25,551 nt of DNA, from positions 1-25,551 of the IMG/VR virus record IMGVR_UViG_3300008255_000443, one strand, 5' to 3'. This document shows, piece after piece, positions 18,407 to 25,346 of the stretch. Source of the DNA: a virus. Its lineage: Duplodnaviria > Caudoviricetes. A program made the translations under genes and the position numbers. The notes below the pieces were generated by a model. The model was not told the origin of the DNA, ran no database searches, and saw only the letters and a program-made list of their open reading frames with translations. Within the stretch, counting starts at the first letter, position 1. Every line of letters starts with the position of its first letter.

Positions 18407-20149
18407 TTAATATCCAGTTAGAATCGAACGTTCGGCTAAGAGATTGTTAACTAACTGTGTAGTTTGCTCAATTGACCTAGTATCCATTCCTGATTTCCAA
18501 AATTCTGGACCCTGAGCAAGGGAGTCTAGCAGATGCTGACTTTGACCCATAGGAAATTGCTCATACTCATCTCGGAAATCATGCATATTCTCGTGAACAT
18601 ACACTTGACCAGCAGAGAAAAAGTGTGCTAATCCTCTAATACGAGCTTCTTTTGATCTTTTTGACCCAGGCTTATACGGAGTTATAGGAAGATTGACTCT
18701 ACTTTTAGCAGATTCCCGCTCAATCCAATAACGATAAATGCCAGAGAAATTAACTTCTTCAATCGCAAAGACCCTTGGACGATACTTCATGTAAAGCCTA
18801 AACGCATTATCGACAAATTCAGGAGGACGAAGGCGCTTTTTGATAGTCTCCAAGAGGTATATGTTAGACTCTTTATCGACCCCAGTAACAACGATACCAG
18901 TCTCATCAGCTTGATTCGATTCTCCCATCGAAGGATCGCAGAAGATGTAAATTGCAAGGTCCCGTAAAAGAACCTTACGCATCGGTCGGTTAGGATCTCC
19001 AGTATCTACACTTATGTTACCATTAAAGTCTACTTTATAATACTTGAGAGGCCAGATAAATTCTGTAAGCCCTGCCTCCATTGGGTTATTAGCATATTGA
19101 GAAGCCCAAACGAATGAGTTCTTTCTAAGAATATTCAGCTTTCCATGAGAGAATCCAGAAAGATATTGTTTCTTCTCATTGTATTGAATTGGAAAGACAG
19201 GTTCTCCATGCTCAATGGCTCCACGGGCATAAACTCGAAGAAGCCCGTTAGAGTGATCTTCTAAATCTTTCTTAGACAAACAGTTCGTAACAGAATTTCG
19301 ATACCTAAGCTTACGTCCATTTGATTCAACTAATGTACTTCCTGTATCTATTCCATAGATCTTTATGGCATGAGAGTAAATGTCTGAGAAAGCCCAGCGC
19401 GTTCCAATCAAATCCCAACCATCAATTTCAAGATCCGTCAACAATGAACCAATGTTATCAAACCAATTATTAATCCTATTCATTACTGTCTCAGAATTTG
19501 CTGCGTCCTCTCCAACTAAGTCATCTAACTTGAGCCAATGATAGTGTCCTGATTGAGCTGCACCACCAGCACCAATTGTTGAGAAAGTTGCATGTCTATG
19601 CTGATCTTCACGAGGAAGTTCTAATTCCCATTTATTAATCCTCTGGACTCTCTTCGATGGAATACATTCAGGAAATAGCGCAAGCATTGTTTCGTTCTTT
19701 GTAAATGCTGATGCGATTTCAAACAAGAACTCAGATGCTTTCTCTCGAACTTCGTGTGCGATGAGGAGCTTTAAATTTGGGCCATGAGCATAAGGATGAG
19801 CTTGTAAGACATCACCCACGTTAGGCAGGGCCATTTGGATAGAGTCTGTTATTGTATTTAACGTACTCTTATAATGACCTCTTGCAAAAAGCGTTAGACG
19901 ATATTGCTGTCCCCTCTGTCGCTCAAGCCATTGTGTGTAATGCCCATGAAAGACTGGATGGAGCTTTTTGTATCCTAAAATAGAGGCGAGGAAATAAGTA
20001 TCATACTTCATTCTGCGACGAAGATGCTCAATGGAGTTTGAATCAAGATCCTCGTATTTCTTCTCAGCCGACTGACGCCGATCAACTAAATCTTGCTCGT
20101 CAACTAATGCATCGAAATCTTCATCAGTATGTTCAATAAAGTCTGTCAT
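18407..20149 (-). CDS. terL: Terminase large subunit, 580 aa
   Basis: Walker A-like ARGHYKST, Walker B WLKLDDL, motif III IGTRW, nuclease IFCDPS, DETGIV, IEEVNF, SKEARIRGL, FP-G...HLLDSL. Confidence 0.93.
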   Translation of the reverse strand: MTDFIEHTDEDFDALVDEQDLVDRRQSAEKKYEDLDSNSIEHLRRRMKYDTYFLASILGYKKLHPVFHGHYTQWLERQRGQQYRLTLFARGHYKSTLNTITDSIQMALPNVGDVLQAHPYAHGPNLKLLIAHEVREKASEFLFEIASAFTKNETMLALFPECIPSKRVQRINKWELELPREDQHRHATFSTIGAGGAAQSGHYHWLKLDDLVGEDAANSETVMNRINNWFDNIGSLLTDLEIDGWDLIGTRWAFSDIYSHAIKIYGIDTGSTLVESNGRKLRYRNSVTNCLSKKDLEDHSNGLLRVYARGAIEHGEPVFPIQYNEKKQYLSGFSHGKLNILRKNSFVWASQYANNPMEAGLTEFIWPLKYYKVDFNGNISVDTGDPNRPMRKVLLRDLAIYIFCDPSMGESNQADETGIVVTGVDKESNIYLLETIKKRLRPPEFVDNAFRLYMKYRPRVFAIEEVNFSGIYRYWIERESAKSRVNLPITPYKPGSKRSKEARIRGLAHFFSAGQVYVHENMHDFRDEYEQFPMGQSQHLLDSLAQGPEFWKSGMDTRSIEQTTQLVNNLLAERSILTGY

Positions 20150-20658
20150 TCAATAACTTCAAAAGAAGCCTCTTCAATTGCCTCTGAGTCATTGTCTCCT
20201 GTATGAAGACTCTTTGCTTCATTTGCACGCTCTAGTGCATTGGTGAATTTTTCTAATAAGCTCACAGAGACTTTCTGCTCGTGGTTTACTGCGCTTGGGT
20301 CGGCTCCATTCAAGAAACCCTTGCCTTTCATAATCTCTAAGGCAACTTTATCTTGATGCTTCTTTGCGTCAGTTCCTGGAATGAAATCCTGTTCTAAAGT
20401 CTCGGAAACTCTATTAACACTAATTTCAGTGAGTTTAAGTAACTTATCACTAACATCCGACCCGAATCGCTCTCGGATCCTATCCATCTGAGAAGCAATA
20501 AGGGCCTGAGCCTGTGGCGTTTGAAGAATTTGATAAATTCTCTCAGGAGTCATTCTCGTATAGTTAGCAATAGCTATATTATTCCATCCTCCGAGATGGA
20601 GCATTACGACATTCTCGTGACGAGGCTTCCAATTCTTTAACGCAGGTACAGAAGACAT
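20146..20658 (-). CDS. terS: Terminase small subunit (N-terminal HTH), 170 aa
   Basis: HTH-like 'GWNNIAIANYTRMTPERIYQIL' followed by helices; ATGA overlap with terL. Confidence 0.65.
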   Translation of the reverse strand: MSSVPALKNWKPRHENVVMLHLGGWNNIAIANYTRMTPERIYQILQTPQAQALIASQMDRIRERFGSDVSDKLLKLTEISVNRVSETLEQDFIPGTDAKKHQDKVALEIMKGKGFLNGADPSAVNHEQKVSVSLLEKFTNALERANEAKSLHTGDNDSEAIEEASFEVIE

Positions 20659-20691
20659 TCTTTCTTTCTCATCTTTTCGTTATTTTTCAAC

Positions 20692-21099
20692 CTAAGCACA
20701 TTCAAGCTCATCTTTCCTTTTAACTGCATCTTTAATTTTGTTAATCAATACTAAATACTCATCCGCAACTCCAACTGCAACGTTCTTTGACCATTCCTTA
20801 ACACGAAATTGAAGAAGATTCCACTCAGCTTCTTCAAGAGAAAGAACTACTTCTTTTTCATCTAACTCACGAGCTGGAAGAACGAAGTTTTCTCGTTCCT
20901 CCTCTGTCTGAGCTAATTCATGACTAATACCCTTTAACTTTTTAAGAATCTCAACAATAGTATCAAGATTCCCTACATCCCCAATTGGAGATCGAGAAAG
21001 AGCGAACCAAAGAAAGAGCTTAAACTCTCGGGCGGTAATTGTGACATCACGCATAAAATGTTTCCTATAACGACGGTTAAAAGAACGTTGAAATGACAT
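20692..21099 (-). CDS. Hypothetical helical protein (possible fibre chaperone)
   Basis: 135-aa ORF following the fibre cassette, 'LSLEEAEWNLL'; start uncertain (an internal Met at MRDVT is possible). Confidence 0.5.
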   Translation of the reverse strand: MSFQRSFNRRYRKHFMRDVTITAREFKLFLWFALSRSPIGDVGNLDTIVEILKKLKGISHELAQTEEERENFVLPARELDEKEVVLSLEEAEWNLLQFRVKEWSKNVAVGVADEYLVLINKIKDAVKRKDELECA

Positions 21100-21132
21100 T
21101 AACTATGCTAAACATAAAAATATAAGCGAGGC

Positions 21133-21390
21133 TTACGGTGCGATACTGCCCTGAGCCTTAATGAGTAGGGCGTCGAGAAAACTCTTGATAGCCGTAACCT
21201 GTGCGGCGGTCAGGTGCGGGGTGAGGTTGCCGTTCCTCACGTCTACGGGAGTGCCAGTCGCGTCCAAAATGTCAAAGGTGTAGCGCCCGGCGTAGTCGTT
21301 AGGAGATCCGGATGTGACGGTGAGGATGATTTCCAGCGTTTCTACCGAAGTAGGTACGCGGGTACTTGGTGCGAAGCTGTCTGTTGCCAT
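21133..21390 (-). CDS. Small GC-rich protein, probable tail-fibre assembly partner, 85 aa
   Basis: AAGGAG SD overlapping the fibre stop; same high GC as the fibre 3' end. Confidence 0.55.
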   Translation of the reverse strand: MATDSFAPSTRVPTSVETLEIILTVTSGSPNDYAGRYTFDILDATGTPVDVRNGNLTPHLTAAQVTAIKSFLDALLIKAQGSIAP

Positions 21391-21400
21391 GGGTGGCTCC

Positions 21401-22378
21401 TTAGACTACGGCGAGTTGGACCGTCGCCCCGTTGATCCGGGCGAATACGGCGGTGGTGGTGGTCCAGATGTCTCCATTCACGGGGCTGGTCGGTGCGGTA
21501 CCGTGAGGCAAGCAAAGCGATGCGCGGGCCGTGGTAGATGCGCCAATGTGGAGTAGGGCAGTAGGCCCCGTCGTCCCGATGCCGACGTTGCCACCGACTT
21601 TAATTGTTAGTCTTTCTATGCCTGATGACAGGAAATTTATATCTTGATAACTTCCATCTACACCAGGAAACGAAGAAGCAAGATTCCAATCAGAGCCGTC
21701 ATTGTAAATACTAAAGAACGAACCATCTGAGGCACCAGTTACATGAACACCAGAGTTAATATCACTTGCACTTTGTTTGACATTAAGTTTAGAGACGGGG
21801 CTCACTGTCCCTATACCGACGTTGCCCGCGTCCGTTATCCGCAGCCGCTCAACCCCTGCCGTGGACGCGGCAATGGTATCCAGCGCCGGGAACCACCAGC
21901 CGGTGTTCAGGTCGCCTGTGGGTGCGATAGAGGGCGTGGTGACCGCTCCGGCTGCGAAGGATGCGGTCTTGGTCGTGGAAATACCCATAGGCACGCCATC
22001 TCGCCCGTCGAACGTCACCACCGCATCGCCAGCCGTGTTACGAAGATTGAGCACGCCGCCTGTCGTCGTCTGAACAAGCTCCGTACGCTCAGAGTTTCCG
22101 CTATCACGGAGGCTGACATCGTGTAGTGTGCTTGCGCCGCTTGCACTCAGCGTCGTGAACGCCCCCGCAGCCGGGGTAGTCGCGCCCACGGCACCATTAA
22201 CTGGCCCAACAAACCCAGCCGCAGTTATAACTCCTGCATAATCTACATAAGCCTTAATTGCTCCAGCGTTCTTCCATTCCCAAAGTCGCCCACTTGTAAA
22301 TGTAACAGAAGTATCTACAAAATGTGCAACTCCACCATCAGCAATAGCTGAAACAAGTCCAAGTGCTCCTGTTGCCAT
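21401..22378 (-). CDS. Mosaic tail fibre-like protein with two GNVGIGT repeats, 325 aa
   Basis: Fibre motifs GATTPAAGAFTTL, GDLNTG, ERLRITDAGNVGIGT, ERLTIKVGGNVGIGT, GTAPTSPVNGDIW; AAGGAG SD. Confidence 0.75.
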   Translation of the reverse strand: MATGALGLVSAIADGGVAHFVDTSVTFTSGRLWEWKNAGAIKAYVDYAGVITAAGFVGPVNGAVGATTPAAGAFTTLSASGASTLHDVSLRDSGNSERTELVQTTTGGVLNLRNTAGDAVVTFDGRDGVPMGISTTKTASFAAGAVTTPSIAPTGDLNTGWWFPALDTIAASTAGVERLRITDAGNVGIGTVSPVSKLNVKQSASDINSGVHVTGASDGSFFSIYNDGSDWNLASSFPGVDGSYQDINFLSSGIERLTIKVGGNVGIGTTGPTALLHIGASTTARASLCLPHGTAPTSPVNGDIWTTTTAVFARINGATVQLAVV

Positions 22379-22388
22379 TTAATTCTCC

Positions 22389-22631
22389 TTACTCTACACC
22401 AACTAATCTATTGTTAGAAAGAACTCCAGCAGTTCCACTAATACCAAATCCCTGTAAAACACCACCTACTTCCACAAAGAATAGCCCTGTTGAAGAAGTA
22501 CTCCATCCTTGAACTCTACTTTCAAATTCAACAGGATAAACTAAATTCCCTCCCCCTCCTCCTCCCTCTCCTCCTCCCTCTCCTGCAATACCTGTTATCA
22601 CAGTTGGATGCGTAATAGAAGTAATACTCAT
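22389..22631 (-). CDS. Gly-rich hypothetical protein, 80 aa
   Basis: GAGGT SD; GEGGGEGGGGGG linker encoded by a purine tract; fills the operon. Confidence 0.5.
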   Translation of the reverse strand: MSITSITHPTVITGIAGEGGGEGGGGGGNLVYPVEFESRVQGWSTSSTGLFFVEVGGVLQGFGISGTAGVLSNNRLVGVE

Positions 22632-22642
22632 TTTCTCTACCT

Positions 22643-22972
22643 CTACCTAACTTCCTCAACGCCCTTAATAACAAAAACCCTCTCCGCAGCTTCCGCAGAA
22701 GCACTAACTAATCTCAAGGCATCCCATCCAACATAGTCAATAGCAACAGCCGACCCAGCAGGTACTTCTACTTGAGTACCTCCAGAGTAAAGCGTTTGAA
22801 AGCTCCCTCCATCATCCCCACTAACCTTCACCGTAACTGTACTTGTCAAACTAGCAGGAGCAAAAATCGTAATTCCCTTCATCCACCTAGTCTTTTTACT
22901 ATCCAACACATCACTCTCTGTTCCACTAATCAAAATCCTAAGCGACCCTAGACTAACTGGATTACTTATCAT
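22643..22972 (-). CDS. Small beta-sandwich putative virion protein (~109 aa), first gene of the late block
   Basis: 'VTVKVSGDDGGSFQTL...ALRLVS' pattern; ATG 22972 (AGGA upstream) preferred to TTG 22999. Confidence 0.55.
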   Translation of the reverse strand: MISNPVSLGSLRILISGTESDVLDSKKTRWMKGITIFAPASLTSTVTVKVSGDDGGSFQTLYSGGTQVEVPAGSAVAIDYVGWDALRLVSASAEAAERVFVIKGVEEVR

Positions 22973-23215
22973 TTTTCTTTTCCTGTATTCTAAATTCAAG
23001 GATAGAGGACCCCGACGTACCTCCCCATGTTCAATCTAACACCTAGAGGGTGGTCGGCGCAAGACTCTCCTTCCCATCTCCCTAGGGTCATTCTCCCTCA
23101 CCCTCTTCGGTCGGCTCTCCCTCCCCTTTCCTCCTCCCTCCTCCGAAATTTTTTTTTCTATTTTAATATACCTATTTCAAATTTTGGTGCGAAAATTAGA
23201 GAAACTGTTCGGCCC

Positions 23216-23352
23216 GCAGCTTATCCGCAATTTTGGGGGTGCCGGGTAGCTTAGACGCAGTTAGTTATATGAATATGTCTATGTGTATATATAGCAGCAT
23301 AGACGCATAGCAGCTTATACGCATTGCGCAGGATATACGCTAGCGGATACGC
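23216..23352. repeat. Cluster of degenerate 14-bp direct repeats, consensus G(C/T)AG(C/G)(T/A)TA(T/G)(A/C)CGC(A/T)
   Basis: GCAGCTTATCCGCA 23216, GTAGCTTAGACGCA 23246, GCAGCATAGACGCA 23294, GCAGCTTATACGCA 23310, GCAGGATATACGCT 23328. Confidence 0.7.
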
Positions 23353-23370
23353 TGCGAGTTAGAGGTAAAT

Positions 23371-23425
23371 AAAAAAAAATCCCCCCCGGTCCATGTCCGA
23401 TGTCCTGGACAGGACCGAGAGGGAA
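23371..23425 (-). terminator. Rho-independent terminator closing the GC-rich two-gene unit
   Basis: Minus strand reads CCCUCUCGGUCC-UGUCC [8-nt loop] GGACA-U-GGACCGGGGGGG followed by A-U9. The G-U pairs work only on the minus strand. It begins about 10 nt after the stop at 23436. Confidence 0.85.
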
Positions 23426-23435
23426 ATTCCCGCTG

Positions 23436-23630
23436 TTACTCTACCGTACGCACGCGGGTTAGACGCCATCCGAAAGGAAGCGTATAGACTGTGCGTACGT
23501 GAATACAGGCTTCAACATTGTATGCGGTGTGCATAGCTGCAACCTCAAGTTGAGCCGCCTCCAGGGTTGAGAACGATCCGACCTCGGAATCATTGTACCA
23601 ATTGGGTACGTGAACGTAGTAATACCGCAT
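23436..23630 (-). CDS. Hypothetical protein, 64 aa
   Basis: SD AAAGGAG 8 nt before the ATG; 'VGSFSTLEAAQ' resembles small early phage proteins; followed by the terminator. Confidence 0.6.
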   Translation of the reverse strand: MRYYYVHVPNWYNDSEVGSFSTLEAAQLEVAAMHTAYNVEACIHVRTVYTLPFGWRLTRVRTVE

Positions 23631-23731
23631 CTTACGCGCTCCTTTCTTCTAGGGTGATTGGAGCCCCGGGATATGATCCCTGACAAGGCGCGACATCCGC
23701 CAAGGCTCCGAACCTACTTACTTACCGCAGC

Positions 23732-24190
23732 TTATGCGATAACATCCGCATAGATTGCCGCGATATCCGTACCGGACAGCTTCTCACCACGAGCCAGACG
23801 GGCCTTCACTTCCGCTCCGGCCAGCTCCGCCCGATCCACGTAGCGCGGGGCGCTTGCCGTCGGGAGGATCGTCAGGGAATCCCCAACGGTCATTGGAGTC
23901 AGATCCGTTGCGATAGAAGCCAAAGCCGAATTGACGGCGTTGACTAGAAATGCTTCTCCGTCCCCACCGGCCTTGGTGATCTGTTCTTGAATGAAGACAA
24001 CTCCGGCATTGTTCTGAACGGACGGGACATTTACGGGAATGTCCTTTCCATAGGTGTCGGTGTTCGGGTCTCCATCCTTCCACCCATCGGGCTTCTTCCC
24101 AAGGGTCCGCAGTTGCGTCTGGATGCTGACGCCTTCGGGGAGGGCCTTCGGGAGCTTCCATCGCATTACTTCAGCCTTCGTGCGAGCCAT
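23732..24190 (-). CDS. Hypothetical GC-rich protein, 152 aa (probable early gene)
   Basis: GGAG SD, MARTK start, about 63% GC (hand count 23761-23940). Confidence 0.7.
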   Translation of the reverse strand: MARTKAEVMRWKLPKALPEGVSIQTQLRTLGKKPDGWKDGDPNTDTYGKDIPVNVPSVQNNAGVVFIQEQITKAGGDGEAFLVNAVNSALASIATDLTPMTVGDSLTILPTASAPRYVDRAELAGAEVKARLARGEKLSGTDIAAIYADVIA

Positions 24191-24429
24191 GGTACATTCT
24201 CCAGCTAGAGATTGGTCGGCGCTTGTCTAGAACGGGGGGCCGACCGATGCCCCGAGACTAATTACCGCCGGATGTCGAGTGCAGCTTAGGCGCGCTTTCG
24301 CCTCTGTCAGCTTCCGGCTCGATCCTCTAGTGCGACATCTCGCGGGGTGTCCTTTCGCGGTTGCTCCCTAGACTAGGGTCCCGCTCGCGAGGGCGATCCT
24401 AGAGAATCTCAATCATCTTTCCTACATGA

Positions 24430-24458
24430 AAGGTCGCTCTTTTTAGGTTCGGCGTCAA
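24430..24458 (-). promoter_or_regulatory. Possible sigma70-type promoter for the GC-rich unit
   Basis: TTGACG-N17-GACCTT on the minus strand; good -35, weak -10. Confidence 0.25.
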
Positions 24459-24689
24459 TCCTTTTGAGCCCCAAAAAGCCCGAAGCGCACCCGAAACTTT
24501 GATGAATGTTTTCTTCGGTCTCTCTTCGGTTCCTCCGGCCTCTCCGGCCCCTAGCCTCCTCCCTATATATATATATAAAGGTTCTAGCCCGACCTTCGTG
24601 TAATGGAATGGAATGATGTGGAATGGGCACATGTGGAATGGGCATCGAAGGTGAGGGAAAGTGTGCCGAAGGGCACCCGAAGGGCCAAC

Positions 24690-25111
24690 CCCTTCAACCT
24701 TCTCCCAACTACCAACTGGGGTCAATTATCCCAATTGGAGGTGAGGGAACCCACACACCCGTTCTCGCACAAGGGCTTTCGGATGGGTGACTAGTCTTCC
24801 AACCAACTCTCATCCCAATTGGGATAATTGGAGGGTAGGGCATACCCCCCTTCGAGGAGGCATAGGGGCAAAGGCATATCCGTATATATAGATATTCATA
24901 TGTTTAAAAAAAAAAAATAAAAAAAAAGAACTACTACTACCCCCCTAGGGGGTGCCCATGGGGGTCCAATTATCCCAACTGGCCCAACTGGAAGTTGGGA
25001 GACTAGTCAAGGACCTCGAAAGCCCTACTCGCACAAGGGTTGTGGGGTTTCCATCGGGTCCCAATTGGGAGTCTGGGTACCAATTGGGATAATTGGAAGA
25101 AGGTTGAAGGG
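24690..25111. repeat. Nested inverted-repeat element around an AT-rich/poly-A core (origin-like)
   Basis: Arm pairs 24690-24710/25091-25111 (19/21 identical) and 24789-24832/24965-25008 (33/44, ungapped), plus CCAAYTGG boxes at 24712/25080 and 24731/25061. All share a centre at ~24899-24900. Confidence 0.8.
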
Positions 25112-25346
25112 ACAGGAGTAAACCCGAAGAGAAGCCGAAGGGAGAGGCCCTAGGATGCCCTAGGAGGGACCGGGCGAGCCGACCCGAACGAGGGGGCTCT
25201 GATTTTCCCAAGGCTCCCCTAGACCCCGTAGAAGGTCGGAATAGGCACGTTAGGCTATAGGAATACCATCCCAAGGGTGTTAGATTACTCTACGGGCCGA
25301 GCGCCCTCCGAGGCACAATTCCTAGTTTTTAAAAGGGGAGAAAAAA

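Noticed and set aside
19230-19360. Apparent ~40-aa insertion in TerL after motif III (possible intein/intron)
   Set aside because: Too short and lacks intein C/S...HN ends; the frame is uninterrupted.
391-22126. Numerous + strand ORFs (e.g. 1435-1752, 12543-13085, 13660-14172, 21743-22126)
   Set aside because: They are antisense shadows of clear minus-strand genes, with no recognisable protein motifs.
6313-22378. Diversity-generating retroelement or invertible fibre cassette
   Set aside because: No reverse transcriptase, invertase, adenine-variant TR/VR pair or inverted fibre copy was seen in the window.
24191-24420. tRNA or hammerhead ribozyme in the structured leader
   Set aside because: No T-arm GTTCRA/cloverleaf and no CUGANGA...GAAA core found on either strand.
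23216-25111. Possible CRISPR array among the intergenic repeats
   Set aside because: Repeats are short, degenerate, irregularly spaced or inverted, with no repeat-spacer periodicity and no cas genes.
24399-25274. ORFs called across the repeat region (24399-24725, 24409-24645, 24603-24794, 24945-25274) and 23027-23254
   Set aside because: Low-complexity translations of repeats or pyrimidine tracts, better explained as non-coding DNA.
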